Of a DNA stretch of 53,678 nt, positions 26,295-41,853 are shown piece after piece. Source of the DNA: Polynucleobacter sp. GTDB lineage: Bacteria > Pseudomonadota > Gammaproteobacteria > Burkholderiales > Burkholderiaceae. Below the pieces are notes generated by a model. It had not been told where the DNA came from, made no database searches, and saw only the letters and a program-made list of their open reading frames with translations. The DNA lies in the NCBI GenBank assembly GCA_023254115.1, contig JALQYK010000003.1, positions 1-53,678 of the forward strand. The letters are read 5' to 3'. Positions within the stretch are counted from its first letter, which is position 1. Each line of letters starts with the position of its first letter. The position numbers were made by a program, and so were the translations under genes.

Positions 26295-27218
26295 ATGCAA
26301 TTAATGTGGGTCTCTGGTCCAACAGGCCGGGTTAGAAAGATATCTATTACTTTAAGAACGGTCTCTATGGCCGTGGGTATTTTTGCAGCCTTCTTAATTG
26401 CAGTTGGTGGCATTTTGCATTTTGTCGGATTAAGAATTGCGATTGAAGCAAGGCCTGAGTTAGCCCGTGCGATGGGTGGTGTTTTGACTCAAGCAGAGCA
26501 AGACAAGATTGAAGAGTCATACAAAGAACGTTTACGCCTGATCCAGGAAAAGCTTCAGGCAACCACCGATGAAATAACTCAGATCCAAAAGCTTAAGGAT
26601 CGGTTTATGGAAATGGCTACACCAGCCGCAGTTAAGTCACAGATTCCTACCTCTACTAGCGGTCGAGGCGGTCCACTAAAACTGGTTGATAGCAAAAACA
26701 AAGCTCCCGCAGATTTGATTGATGCTCTTGATGAGTCATTGCAAGACGTCAATGAGTTTAAGCGTAGCGTTGCTGAAATCAATGCTCTATGGGCAAAACA
26801 ACTAACTTGGCTCAATAGCCTTCCAACGGGCACTCCCATCAAAGGATCCTATAACTTAAGCAGCGGATATGGCCTAAGAATCGACCCATTTACTCAAGCC
26901 ATGGCAAGACACGAAGGCTTAGATTTTTCTGCCTCTGTAGGCACCCCTATAGTTGCATCTGCAGCCGGAGTGGTTAGTAGATCGGGTTGGGACTCACAAT
27001 ATGGCAATGTAGTTGAAGTAAACCACGCAGAGGGATTTAAAACGCGGTACGCACATGCCAGTCAATTATTGGTTCGCGTTGGACAAACCGTAAAACGTGG
27101 TGATGTGTTAGCAAAGGTTGGCAATACTGGTAGATCCACGGGGCCTCATTTACATTATGAAGTTATTAAAGCGGGCGCGCACATCAACCCCGTGAATATG
27201 TTTCCCAAAAATCGTTAA
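26295..27218 (+). CDS. M23 family peptidase
   Basis: HEGLD, TRYAH, STGPHLHYEV; N-terminal TM and coiled coil. Confidence 0.93.
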   Translation: MQLMWVSGPTGRVRKISITLRTVSMAVGIFAAFLIAVGGILHFVGLRIAIEARPELARAMGGVLTQAEQDKIEESYKERLRLIQEKLQATTDEITQIQKLKDRFMEMATPAAVKSQIPTSTSGRGGPLKLVDSKNKAPADLIDALDESLQDVNEFKRSVAEINALWAKQLTWLNSLPTGTPIKGSYNLSSGYGLRIDPFTQAMARHEGLDFSASVGTPIVASAAGVVSRSGWDSQYGNVVEVNHAEGFKTRYAHASQLLVRVGQTVKRGDVLAKVGNTGRSTGPHLHYEVIKAGAHINPVNMFPKNR

Positions 27219-27238
27219 TTAATCGTTTCAAATCAAAC

Positions 27239-27263
27239 AAAAAGCCCCATTAAGGGGCTTTTT
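27239..27263. terminator. Bidirectional terminator
   Basis: AAAAAGCCCC-ATTAA-GGGGCTTTTT between convergent genes. Confidence 0.85.
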
Positions 27264-27284
27264 GCTATTCACTAAACCACTCAA

Positions 27285-29153
<1,869 letters not shown>

Positions 29154-29239
29154 GGTTAAGTTAATAGTTTTGGAATACCGTAAGGATACCACTTGGGACC
29201 CTTTTTAGCCTTACAAAGGACAGTTAAGACTTCTCTTAA

Positions 29240-30121
29240 CTAACTGAACAAGCCCTCTGAAAACAGACGCTCTGCATCAGCCCTGCCTTGCTGATAAGTT
29301 AGGGGCATTAACTCATGATGAGCGTAATCCCAGCTAGAAATTGGTACTGGGTGAGACGGTTGAATATAGGTCAACCTTAGACCAGGCAACTCTTTAACAA
29401 AATAGTCGGGTTGAGAATATCTTCTCGTTAAAAGCACCAATACCTTACTTCGTGGCGAGCCTTCTGGAGAGAGGCTTAATCCATCAATTGGAACGTTATC
29501 CACCAAACCGCCATCTAATACAGCTTGCCCATCTCGGTACATGACTGGAGTAAATGGTGGCGTACATGATGATTGCAAAATTAGTTCAATTAAATCATCC
29601 TCACTTGCACAATCTTGGGCCCGAATAAATTCACGAGTAAACCCTATAGTTTTGCCTAAAGTAGGGTGCAGACTCTTTTTAAAATACTTCTCTAAGTTAT
29701 ATACCGTTAATCCAACTGCCACTGAAAGTCTTGGGCCCAACCATCGAGGCGTTTTAGCCAAACCAATTTCTATTTCTGGGCCTTTTTTAATTAAATCAAA
29801 ACGCCCACCAAGAATATTTTTTAGAGCCGCGCGGTAAATTTGATGATGTGGGAAGACGGGATCAGATGAAAACAAATTTGCCCAATTTGCGTTCTTCCTA
29901 ACCTTGTCCAAGGCTTGTGCATAATAATTTAAACCCCACTCAGCACCACTTTTTCCTGGGCGAGCATAAAAAAGGCACGCCGTGGCTGCCCCTGCGCTTA
30001 TTGCAATTAACTTTTTTGGTGTCTGAGGAATTTTTTCATTGAGCACATGCCAAAACCCTGCCTGCCACCAACAACGATTCCCACCGCCCGCCAGTACCAC
30101 TTGATCAAATTGGGAAATCAC
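29240..30121 (-). CDS. Patatin-like phospholipase
   Basis: AGGGNR, AISAG, DGG. Confidence 0.88.
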   Translation of the reverse strand: MISQFDQVVLAGGGNRCWWQAGFWHVLNEKIPQTPKKLIAISAGAATACLFYARPGKSGAEWGLNYYAQALDKVRKNANWANLFSSDPVFPHHQIYRAALKNILGGRFDLIKKGPEIEIGLAKTPRWLGPRLSVAVGLTVYNLEKYFKKSLHPTLGKTIGFTREFIRAQDCASEDDLIELILQSSCTPPFTPVMYRDGQAVLDGGLVDNVPIDGLSLSPEGSPRSKVLVLLTRRYSQPDYFVKELPGLRLTYIQPSHPVPISSWDYAHHELMPLTYQQGRADAERLFSEGLFS

Positions 30122-30124
30122 CGC

Positions 30125-31498
30125 TTACTTACCAATGCAAAAAGTGCTAAAAATTTTGCCTAATAAATCATCTGGCAAAAACTGTCCTGTAATTTTTGAT
30201 AATGCGTCTTGAGCCAAACGCATCTCTTCAGCTGCCAGCTCAACGGATGCCGTTTCTTTTTTAAGTAACAGCAAGGCGTTATTAATAAACTGCTCAGCCT
30301 CTAACAATGCTTCAATATGTCGTTGACGCGCAAGTATTCCACCCTCGGAATCTGGTTGCCAACCAGCGACACTTAATAACTCTTGCTTAAGGGCATCTAG
30401 TCCAAGGCCCGTCTTGGCAGAAACATAAAATTCATTTTGAGTATTCTTGTGCCTGCTTGAGGTTCGGTCTAGCTTATTCCAAACAATCTTGATTGGAACT
30501 TGTTTTGTTGCACAATCTTTGATCTTATTAATTAACTCTTGATCAAGCGGAGAAATTTCGGCGCCATCACTTACATCCATTAGATGCAATACTAAATCTG
30601 CTTGCTCTATAGACTTCCAAGTTCTCTCAATGCCAATTTGTTCAACACTATCTGTCGTTTCTCGTAAACCCGCGGTGTCAATAATATGTAAAGGCACACC
30701 TTCAATTTGAATTGTTTCCTTAAGGCGATCTCTGGTTGTGCCAGCAACCTCTGTAACAATTGCCACCTCTTCACCTGCCAATGCATTCATCAACGAACTC
30801 TTACCCACATTAGGCTGCCCAACCAACACAATCGTTAAGCCATCTCTAATTACTGCGCCTTGTTGAGCAGATTTCTTAACATCCTGAATGTTGCCAAGAA
30901 TATTTTTTAATCGATTGAAGACGTCGTGTTGCTCTATAAAGTCAATTTCTTCTTCTGGGAAATCAAGCGTTGCCTCTGTGAGCGCGCGCAATTCAATTAG
31001 AGCCTCTAAAAAGATTTGGATTTTTTTAGAAAATTCACCCTTTAACGACCTTGCTGCTCCTTTAGCCGCTAGAGCACTGCTTGCATCAATTAAGTCAGCA
31101 ATAGCTTCTGCTTGGGCTAAATCAATCTTATTGTTTAAGAAAGCTCGCTCCGTAAACTCTCCGGGCGCAGCCAAGCGCAAACGATAAGGTTTACCAATTT
31201 TTAAACAGTGCTCAATTAAAAGATTTAATGCTGCAACACTACCGTGACACTGAAGCTCCAACACATCTTCACCCGTGTAGGAATTGGGTCCCGGAAAAAA
31301 GATTGCTAAGCCCTCATCTATTAAATCACCTTGGTCATCTTCAAAGGTTAAGAGAGTGGCGTGGCGAGGATGAAGATCTTTATGGCAAAGGGCTTTGCTA
31401 ATTTGCAAGACCCCGGTTCCAGATAAACGAATAATTCCTACGCTAGCGCGACCCTTCGCTGTTGCTAAAGCAATAATGGGATCGCGCTGACTATTCAT
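30125..31498 (-). CDS. mnmE: tRNA modification GTPase MnmE
   Basis: GQPNVGKSS, GTTRD, DTAG, C-terminal FCIGK. Confidence 0.97.
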   Translation of the reverse strand: MNSQRDPIIALATAKGRASVGIIRLSGTGVLQISKALCHKDLHPRHATLLTFEDDQGDLIDEGLAIFFPGPNSYTGEDVLELQCHGSVAALNLLIEHCLKIGKPYRLRLAAPGEFTERAFLNNKIDLAQAEAIADLIDASSALAAKGAARSLKGEFSKKIQIFLEALIELRALTEATLDFPEEEIDFIEQHDVFNRLKNILGNIQDVKKSAQQGAVIRDGLTIVLVGQPNVGKSSLMNALAGEEVAIVTEVAGTTRDRLKETIQIEGVPLHIIDTAGLRETTDSVEQIGIERTWKSIEQADLVLHLMDVSDGAEISPLDQELINKIKDCATKQVPIKIVWNKLDRTSSRHKNTQNEFYVSAKTGLGLDALKQELLSVAGWQPDSEGGILARQRHIEALLEAEQFINNALLLLKKETASVELAAEEMRLAQDALSKITGQFLPDDLLGKIFSTFCIGK

Positions 31499-31500
31499 TG

Positions 31501-33174
31501 TTATGCGGCTTTACTACCACCATAAATTTTATTAATTTGCCACTGCTGTGCAATTGACAAGATATTGTTCACAACCCAATACAGAACCAAGCCTGCTGGG
31601 AAGAAAAAGAACATAAATGAAAACACAATTGGCATGAGCATCATCAACTTAGCCTGAACTGGGTCTGGTGGAGTTGGATTGAGCTTAGTTTGTACAAACA
31701 TAGATATTGCCATCAGGATAGGCAATAAACCAATAGGGGCGCCAAACCAAACACCAAACAATGTATCTGGTTTGGATAAATCTTGTATCCATCCCAACCA
31801 TGGTGCTGCGCGCATTTCTACTGAAGCCAATAAAACCCAGTACAAAGCAATAAACACGGGAATCTGAATTAAAACTGGAAAACAACCGCCCAATGGGTTG
31901 ATCTTCTCTTTTCGATACATTTCCATCATGGCTTGATTCAGTTTTTGTGGCTCACCTTTGTAGCGCTCTTTCATCTCTAGAAGTCTAGGTTGAACTTCTT
32001 TCATTCTTGCCATAGATTTGTAACTTGCAGCTGACAACGGGAAGAAAACCAATTTAATTAAAACGGTTAACAAAATAATTGCCCAGCCCCAGTTATTTAC
32101 AAGTGCATGAATCTTTTCTAGCAACCAAAAAATTGGTTTAGCCAAAATAGTTAGCCAACCATAGTCTTTTACTAACTCTAAACCCGGGGCCACGTTTTCT
32201 AGCACGCGCTCTTCTTGTGGGCCAACAAACAATTTAAATGTCTCTACTTTTTCTTGGCCAACGCCGAACGCATCTAATTTAGATTTAACACCAACTCGGA
32301 ATTGGTTCTTATCTAATTTTTCAACATACAAATCTTTAGAATAGGTAGAGGGCGGAACCCATGCTGAAACAAAATAGTGCTGCACCATAGCTACCCAAGC
32401 GGTCTCACCGGCTGGTTGTGTAGATGGAACTTTTGATTTTCCTTTTTCAATATCAGAAAAATCTATTTTGTGAAATTTTTCAGCATCTGTATAAACCGCT
32501 GGACCAGTAAAAGTGCTGTAAAAAGAACTTTCCTCTACCTTGCCTTTAAATGATGGCTTACCGCCGTCGCGCACAAGCTCTGCATATAAAGTTGCATCTA
32601 AATTTTGCGCGCTAATATTTTTAACCGTGTGCTTTGCCTCTACAACATAAGATCCATTATTTAAGGTATACGTTTTTTCTAAGCGCACCCCATTTTTTTC
32701 TGCAACAAGTGTGATTGAGTTATTGGCTTGATTTTTTGTGGCAGTAAAAATCTGGGTGTGATTTGGCAACTCTGCGCCAGAACCCGACACCAAACCAGTT
32801 CTCGCAAAATATTGCCTATCGTTACTGCGGTCAAATAGTAGAACTGGTGATTTATCTTCTTCTAAATGCTTTAACAAGCGAGCCTTACTAACCACTCCAC
32901 CCAATGTGTCTATTTCAAGCTCTAAAAGATCATTCTTTAAAGTTAAAAGCTCTCCTGTTTTAGGCGCGCTTATTTGCGTTGGTGCAGCCAAAGCGGTTCC
33001 GCTTGGCTTTGGCAAATCTTTAGCCCCATTATCTGTAGCAACTGCTTGTTGTTTTGCTGGTGCAGTTGATTTTGAAAACAAGGAGCCCTGACCTGTTTGC
33101 TCTTGCCATGCATTAAATAACAATAATGCGGAAATAGTAAAGATGGCCCAAAGTAGCGTTTTTCTGATGTCCAT
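31501..33174 (-). CDS. yidC: Membrane protein insertase YidC
   Basis: DYGWL, NWGWAII, NPLGGCFP, GLVLYW. Confidence 0.97.
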   Translation of the reverse strand: MDIRKTLLWAIFTISALLLFNAWQEQTGQGSLFSKSTAPAKQQAVATDNGAKDLPKPSGTALAAPTQISAPKTGELLTLKNDLLELEIDTLGGVVSKARLLKHLEEDKSPVLLFDRSNDRQYFARTGLVSGSGAELPNHTQIFTATKNQANNSITLVAEKNGVRLEKTYTLNNGSYVVEAKHTVKNISAQNLDATLYAELVRDGGKPSFKGKVEESSFYSTFTGPAVYTDAEKFHKIDFSDIEKGKSKVPSTQPAGETAWVAMVQHYFVSAWVPPSTYSKDLYVEKLDKNQFRVGVKSKLDAFGVGQEKVETFKLFVGPQEERVLENVAPGLELVKDYGWLTILAKPIFWLLEKIHALVNNWGWAIILLTVLIKLVFFPLSAASYKSMARMKEVQPRLLEMKERYKGEPQKLNQAMMEMYRKEKINPLGGCFPVLIQIPVFIALYWVLLASVEMRAAPWLGWIQDLSKPDTLFGVWFGAPIGLLPILMAISMFVQTKLNPTPPDPVQAKLMMLMPIVFSFMFFFFPAGLVLYWVVNNILSIAQQWQINKIYGGSKAA

Positions 33175-33224
33175 TGAATTTTTCTGTATTTAATTACGTA
33201 AGCAAGAATTGTAGTGTGAGATTG

Positions 33225-33455
33225 TTACTTCTTGACGGTCTTTTCTGGAACCAGATCAATGCCGCCTTTTGACCAGGGGTTGCATCGCAAAATTCTATAA
33301 ATTGCCAACCCTGTTCCTTTTATTGAACCATGCTTTTGTAACGCCTCTATTGCATAACAAGAGCACGTTGGATGAAACCTACACTGCGAACCCCAAAAGG
33401 GGCTCAGAGTCAGTTGATATAACTTAACTAAACCTTGAAGAAACCGATTAATCAC
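33225..33455 (-). CDS. yidD: Membrane protein insertion efficiency factor YidD
   Basis: CRFHPTCS, RILRCNPW. Confidence 0.93.
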   Translation of the reverse strand: MINRFLQGLVKLYQLTLSPFWGSQCRFHPTCSCYAIEALQKHGSIKGTGLAIYRILRCNPWSKGGIDLVPEKTVKK

Positions 33456-33787
33456 TTGTGCAACCCTAAAGAGGCAAGCTCTTTACGGATTTCTAATCGC
33501 TCAGACTCTCTCAATTTATTCTTTGTTTTATCCCCAATTTTTTTTCGCAACCTCAATACCACCGCTTGCGCTACATCAGCATCAGGGGATTGCCTGTAAG
33601 CCTCTCTCATCAACCGCTTTATCTTATTTCTGTCGACAGCTCTTTTGGCTAATTTCTTAGGAACGGTTAAAGCAAAGCCATCATATTCATTGAAAATATG
33701 ACACGCAATAAATTTTGTGGTTTTAGGTTTTTGAGCTAATACTGCTCGTATTAGTGTTGCATCAGAAAGGCGTGTAGAGCGAGGCAA
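33452..33787 (-). CDS. rnpA: Ribonuclease P protein component (likely TTG start 33787)
   Basis: KKLAKRAVDRNKIKR; between rpmH and yidD. Confidence 0.9.
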   Translation of the reverse strand: MPRSTRLSDATLIRAVLAQKPKTTKFIACHIFNEYDGFALTVPKKLAKRAVDRNKIKRLMREAYRQSPDADVAQAVVLRLRKKIGDKTKNKLRESERLEIRKELASLGLHK

Positions 33788-33827
33788 CGATTTGCTCGCT
33801 CTACAGTTTTCATTACTGTGCTGCTGT

Positions 33828-33962
33828 TTAAACAGCGAGGCGCTTACGTCCCTTGGCACGGCGCGCATTCAAAACATGGCGACCACCTTTTGTTTTCATG
33901 CGAACACGAAAACCGTGGGTGCGTTTACGACGAGTTACGGATGGTTGATATGTACGTTTCAT
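33828..33962 (-). CDS. rpmH: 50S ribosomal protein L34
   Basis: Hand translation [44 protein letters not shown]. Confidence 0.97.
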   Translation of the reverse strand: MKRTYQPSVTRRKRTHGFRVRMKTKGGRHVLNARRAKGRKRLAV

Positions 33963-34036
33963 AATTATTTCCTAGCGAACCTTAGATTCTCGCTTTTTTA
34001 TACATGTTAGTCAATAGATATTTGCATATTATATTT

Positions 34037-34130
34037 TTATTCACAATCATATCTTGTTGTTTTTAATATATTTTTTAGGTTATTAACAAGTTATCCACAG
34101 GTTATCCCCTAACTTATCCTTTGTGGATAA
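34037..34130. promoter_or_regulatory. DnaA-box cluster upstream of dnaA
   Basis: TTATTCACA 34037, TTATCCACA 34091, TGTGGATAA 34122, plus degenerate boxes in AT-rich DNA. Confidence 0.85.
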
Positions 34131-34156
34131 CTTTTAAGAGCATCTACAATCCATCC

Positions 34157-35605
34157 GTGATTACTAATACTCTAATAAATTCATCCTTAAAAACAAATTC
34201 GGCTCTTGAGTCATTTTGGGAATTTGTGACAAATTCTTTTTCAAAAGAGCTTTCGCCCCAGCAATTTAAAACCTGGATCAAACCTCTTTTTGCCTTAAAT
34301 TTTGATGAAGCTACCAACGTTTTAGAGCTTGCAGCCCCGAACAGATTTAAGCTTGATTGGGCAAAAAATCAATTTAATCAAAGGTTTATTGAGCTAGCAC
34401 AAAATTATTTTGGCAAAGCTATTGTGATTGAGTGGGTGCTTGACCCTAAGATCAAATTGCTAAACACCGATGAAAAACACTCTGAGTTCATCAGCGAAAC
34501 AAGTAGCGATGGATCTCCAATATCGGCAGGCATTAGTGAGTCTTCAAACGAAATTAACGAACTGCCCAGTATTGGTATAGATGGCAGATCAAGACTTAAT
34601 CCAAACTTAACTTTTGATAGTTTTGTTACTGGTAAGGCAAATCAGCTTGCTAGAGCGGCCGCTATACAAGTTGCCAATAATCCTGGGTCCTCATACAACC
34701 CCATGTATTTGTATGGTGGCGTGGGCCTTGGTAAAACTCATCTAATTCATGCGATTGGTAATCACTTGTTACAAGAAAAGCCCAAAGCAAAAATTAGGTA
34801 CATCCACGCTGAACAATATGTATCGGATGTGGTTAAAGCGTATCAACAAAAGTCGTTTGACAAATTCAAACAGTATTACCACTCTTTAGATTTGCTTTTA
34901 ATTGACGATATTCAGTTCTTTGCTGGAAAGCCAAGGTCTCAAGAAGAATTCTTTTACGCATTTGAGGCGTTAACAGCCAACAAATCCCAGGTCATCATGA
35001 CCAGCGATACCTATCCAAAAGAAATTTCGGGAATTGATGATCGCTTAATTTCACGTTTCGATTCTGGCTTAACTGTAGCCATTGAGCCGCCAGAGCTAGA
35101 AATGCGAGTGGCTATTTTGATGAAAAAAGCTTTATCTGAAGGACTGCCACTAAGCGAGGATGTTGCTTTTTTTGTAGCAAAGCATTTACGTTCAAACGTT
35201 CGTGAATTAGAAGGTGCTTTAAGAAAAATTTTGGCTTATGTACGTTTTCATGGCAAAGAAATTACGATTGATGTTGCCAGAGAAGCCTTAAAAGACTTGC
35301 TTTCGGTACAAAACAGACAAATTTCGGTTGAAAATATTCAAAAGACAGTTGCTGATTTTTATAATATAAAAGTTGCAGACATGTACTCCAAAAAGCGTCC
35401 TGCAAACATAGCGCGACCCAGGCAAATTGCTATGTACATCGCAAAAGAATTGACTCAAAAAAGCCTACCTGAAATTGGTGAGCTTTTCGGTGGTCGTGAT
35501 CACACAACCGTATTGCATGCCGTAAGAAAAATTGCTGATGAGCGATCTAGAGATAGTCAGTTAAATCATGAGTTACATGTGTTGGAACAGTCTTTGAAAA
35601 ACTAG
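34157..35605 (+). CDS. dnaA: Chromosomal replication initiator DnaA (start uncertain; ORF open from 34121)
   Basis: [37 protein letters not shown]. Confidence 0.97.
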   Translation: MITNTLINSSLKTNSALESFWEFVTNSFSKELSPQQFKTWIKPLFALNFDEATNVLELAAPNRFKLDWAKNQFNQRFIELAQNYFGKAIVIEWVLDPKIKLLNTDEKHSEFISETSSDGSPISAGISESSNEINELPSIGIDGRSRLNPNLTFDSFVTGKANQLARAAAIQVANNPGSSYNPMYLYGGVGLGKTHLIHAIGNHLLQEKPKAKIRYIHAEQYVSDVVKAYQQKSFDKFKQYYHSLDLLLIDDIQFFAGKPRSQEEFFYAFEALTANKSQVIMTSDTYPKEISGIDDRLISRFDSGLTVAIEPPELEMRVAILMKKALSEGLPLSEDVAFFVAKHLRSNVRELEGALRKILAYVRFHGKEITIDVAREALKDLLSVQNRQISVENIQKTVADFYNIKVADMYSKKRPANIARPRQIAMYIAKELTQKSLPEIGELFGGRDHTTVLHAVRKIADERSRDSQLNHELHVLEQSLKN

Positions 35606-35884
35606 TTTTAAGGGTGTGGATATGTTTGTGGACAGCTTATGTATAACTATGGGAATAAGTACTTGGATGAGTTGTTGATAGATTGTGGACAATTCATCTA
35701 TTCATGCAAAAATAGAAAAGTTATTAAACTTTATCCAAAGGCTATCCAAAAGATATCCACAAGGTTTTAATGAAGGTAAAATACTGATTAATAAATGTTT
35801 TTTTAGTTATCCACAGAATTTGGCTGCTTTACTAACTACTACTATAAATATATATACATATAAACAATTACAGGAATAAGAACC
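35606..35884. other. oriC: DnaA boxes, DnaA-trio-like repeats and AT-rich unwinding element
   Basis: Several TGTGGA/TATCCA boxes, perfect TTATCCACA 35807-35815, then CTTTACTAACTACTACTA and TATAAATATATATAC. Confidence 0.85.
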
Positions 35885-37000
35885 ATGGAGCTGGTCAGCA
35901 CATCAAGAGACAAATTGCTTAAGCCACTACAACTAGTCAGTGGTATCGTTGAACGCAAACATACGTTGCCAATTTTGGCTAATTTGCTTTTCAAAAAAAA
36001 TGGCAATGCTGTTTCACTAATTTCTACAGACATTGAAATTCAAATCACAACTCATGCAGATTTTGGTGTTGGAGCAGATAACTTAAGTACAACTGTTGGT
36101 GCTAGAAAATTAGTAGATATCTTGCGTGCTTTACCAGAAGGACCAATGAGTCTTTCTTTGAAAGATAGCAAGATGGTTGTGCAAAGTGGAAAAAGCCGTT
36201 TTACATTGCAAACATTGGCTGCTAATGAGTTCCCAATCATGTCTGAATCTACAGATGTTTCTGCTAGTTGGGAAATGTCTCAAAAATCATTGAAGCAATT
36301 GATTAGCCAAGTGCACTTTGCTATGGCGCAACAAGATATCCGTTATTACTTAAACGGTATGTTGTTTGTTTTAGAAGGTCAAAGAATTATTGCAGTTGCA
36401 ACTGATGGACACAGATTGGCATACAGTCATGTTGACTTAGATAAAGTACCTACAGGCAATGGACAGAAACAAGAAGTCATTATTCCTCGTAAAACTATTC
36501 TTGAGTTACAACATTTATTAGACGACTCAGATGATCCAGTGGTTATTTCTTTAGCAAGTAATCAAATTAAATTTAACTTTGGTGATGTTGAACTACTTTC
36601 AAAATTAGTAGAAGGCAAGTTCCCAGATTTCCAACGCGTCATTCCAAAGGGACAGAACAATAAATTGATCGTTGATAGAGAAGCTTTACAAGCTTCTTTG
36701 CAACGAGCTGCAATTTTGACTACAGATAAATTCAAGGGTGTACGTTGTGTTCTTTCTGATAATTGTTTAACTATCCAATCAACAAATGCAGAACAAGAAG
36801 AAGCACAAGAAGATATTGAAACTCAATACAGTGGTGACAAAATTGATATTGGTTTTAATGTTTCATACTTGTTAGATGTGTTGGCTAACTTAAAGAGTGA
36901 GTCTATTCAGATTAGCTTAGGTGACTCAAACAGTAGTGCAGTTATTACCCTTCCTGATCAAGAAGGTTTCAAATACGTTGTAATGCCAATGCGTATTTAA
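35885..37000 (+). CDS. dnaN: DNA polymerase III beta clamp
   Basis: QDIRYYLNG, ATDGHRL, C-terminal VVMPMRI. Confidence 0.97.
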   Translation: MELVSTSRDKLLKPLQLVSGIVERKHTLPILANLLFKKNGNAVSLISTDIEIQITTHADFGVGADNLSTTVGARKLVDILRALPEGPMSLSLKDSKMVVQSGKSRFTLQTLAANEFPIMSESTDVSASWEMSQKSLKQLISQVHFAMAQQDIRYYLNGMLFVLEGQRIIAVATDGHRLAYSHVDLDKVPTGNGQKQEVIIPRKTILELQHLLDDSDDPVVISLASNQIKFNFGDVELLSKLVEGKFPDFQRVIPKGQNNKLIVDREALQASLQRAAILTTDKFKGVRCVLSDNCLTIQSTNAEQEEAQEDIETQYSGDKIDIGFNVSYLLDVLANLKSESIQISLGDSNSSAVITLPDQEGFKYVVMPMRI

Positions 37001-37022
37001 TAGATTTAGCAGAAAAGATTAA

Positions 37023-39990
<2,968 letters not shown>

Positions 39991-39997
39991 AACAGCG

Positions 39998-40234
39998 ATG
40001 CTGTTCATTTCTATACAAGATCTTGAGTTAGCCATTAATTTTTGGCGTAACAAATCACCTTCGCAGGGCGAGGCTCTTCAATTATGTCCGCAAGCCTCTG
40101 CTTTAGCTAAGCCTTATGCGCTTATGATTATTCAGGGAGCGCAACGTTTACCGATTGAGGCCTTAAGCGATAACGCAAAATTGGCTTGGGCTGAATATTT
40201 GCAAAATCGAGATCGCTATGGCGCAGGCCAATAA
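39998..40234 (+). CDS. DUF3717-like small protein
   Basis: LELAINFWRNKSPS...LCPQASALAKPYALMI. Confidence 0.75.
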   Translation: MLFISIQDLELAINFWRNKSPSQGEALQLCPQASALAKPYALMIIQGAQRLPIEALSDNAKLAWAEYLQNRDRYGAGQ

Positions 40235-41849
40235 TCAAGATCAAATCTTTGATCAGCCATTTGATTACATTATTGTTGGCGCAGGTAGCGCTGGTTGTGT
40301 CTTGGCAAATAGGCTTTCAAGCAATCCTAATCTTCGAGTCTTATTAATTGATGCTGGATCCAAGGACAGCTACCCTTGGATACACATACCAGTTGGTTAT
40401 TTGTATTGCATTAACAATCCTAAAACTGATTGGCTATTTAAAACATCTAATCAACCAGGTTTAAATAATCGAAGTCTTATTTATCCGAGAGGCAAGGTGC
40501 TTGGAGGATCTTCCTCAATTAATGGCATGATTTACATGCGCGGCCAAGCTGAAGATTACAACGCTTGGGCCAAAACAACTGGCGACTCATCTTGGCGGTG
40601 GGATGCCGTGCTGCCATTTTTTAAGAAGATGGAAGATTATCACGGCGGCGCCAATGAATTTCATGGGAATGGCGGACCTTGGCGCGTTGACAAGCAAAGA
40701 CTGAAGTGGAAAGTTTTAGATGTTTTTCGATTGGCTGCGTTACAGGCTGGCATACCTGCTGTAGACGATTTTAATCGTGGCGATAATTTTGGGTCATCGT
40801 ATTTTGATGTTACGCAAAAAAATGGGTGGCGCTTAAATGCATCCAAAGCTTTTTTAAATCCGATTAAATCCAGGAAAAATTTAATCGTGCTGACCAATGC
40901 ATTGGTTGATCATTTGGTGATGGATGGCAAGTCCTGCTCAGGCGTGAAATTCAAACATGCTGGCCACACATTTTTAGCTAAAGCATCAAAAGAAACTTTG
41001 TTGTCAGCTGGCGCCATTGGTTCAGTGCAAATATTAGAGCGCTCTGGGATTGGCAATGCAGAGTATTTGAAGTCGATAGGCATTAGAGTTGCCCATGACT
41101 TACCGGGGGTTGGAGAAAACCTTCAGGACCATTTACAGATTCGAATGGTTTACAAAATCAATCGCCTCAAAACGCTAAATACAATTGCCTCAAATTGGTG
41201 GGGAAAATTATTAATTGGGTTGCAGTATTTATTAACAAGATCTGGTCCCATGTCTATGGCGCCTTCACAACTAGGCTTGTTTGCCCGTTCATCAAGTGAG
41301 CATGCTCGCCCCAACATTCAATACCATGTACAGCCATTATCGTTAGATAAGTTTGGCGATCCGTTGCACACGTTTAATGCATTCACTGCCAGCGTTTGCA
41401 ATTTAAGGCCAACATCAAGGGGGTTTGTTCATATCTCATCAAAAGAAATTGACGCTTTGCCACACATCAATCCAAATTACTTAGATGCTAATGAAGATAA
41501 AAAGGTAGCTGTTGATGCGGTTAGATTTACAAGGCAAATTGTCGCGCAATCAGCGTTTGCTCAATATGCACCGACAGAGCTAAAACCAGGCAAACAATTT
41601 ACTACTGATAAGGAATTGTTGGAGCAAGTGGGTGAGATTGGCACAACCATTTTTCATCCGATTGGCACTTGCAAAATGGGTAAGTCAGATGATCCGATGG
41701 CAGTTGTGGATTCAGAGTTAAAGGTTATTGGGCTAACTGGCCTGCGAGTGGTTGATGCGAGCGTTATGCCTACCATCACGTCTGGAAATACAGCCGCCCC
41801 CACTATGATGATTGCAGAAAAAATCTCTGCGTTGTTGTTAGCCAAATAA
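40218..41849 (+). CDS. GMC family oxidoreductase (choline dehydrogenase-like)
   Basis: GAGSAG, GKVLGGSSSINGM, GENLQDH, HPIGTCKMG, GNTAAP. Confidence 0.93.
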   Translation: MAQANNQDQIFDQPFDYIIVGAGSAGCVLANRLSSNPNLRVLLIDAGSKDSYPWIHIPVGYLYCINNPKTDWLFKTSNQPGLNNRSLIYPRGKVLGGSSSINGMIYMRGQAEDYNAWAKTTGDSSWRWDAVLPFFKKMEDYHGGANEFHGNGGPWRVDKQRLKWKVLDVFRLAALQAGIPAVDDFNRGDNFGSSYFDVTQKNGWRLNASKAFLNPIKSRKNLIVLTNALVDHLVMDGKSCSGVKFKHAGHTFLAKASKETLLSAGAIGSVQILERSGIGNAEYLKSIGIRVAHDLPGVGENLQDHLQIRMVYKINRLKTLNTIASNWWGKLLIGLQYLLTRSGPMSMAPSQLGLFARSSSEHARPNIQYHVQPLSLDKFGDPLHTFNAFTASVCNLRPTSRGFVHISSKEIDALPHINPNYLDANEDKKVAVDAVRFTRQIVAQSAFAQYAPTELKPGKQFTTDKELLEQVGEIGTTIFHPIGTCKMGKSDDPMAVVDSELKVIGLTGLRVVDASVMPTITSGNTAAPTMMIAEKISALLLAK

Positions 41850-41853
41850 ATTC

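Noticed and set aside
33823-33836. GCTGTTTAAACAGC as a copy of the island palindrome
   Set aside because: Shares only the TTTAAAC centre; different arms and length
35685-35879. 64-aa ORF between dnaA and dnaN
   Set aside because: Runs through DnaA boxes and the unwinding element; incidental
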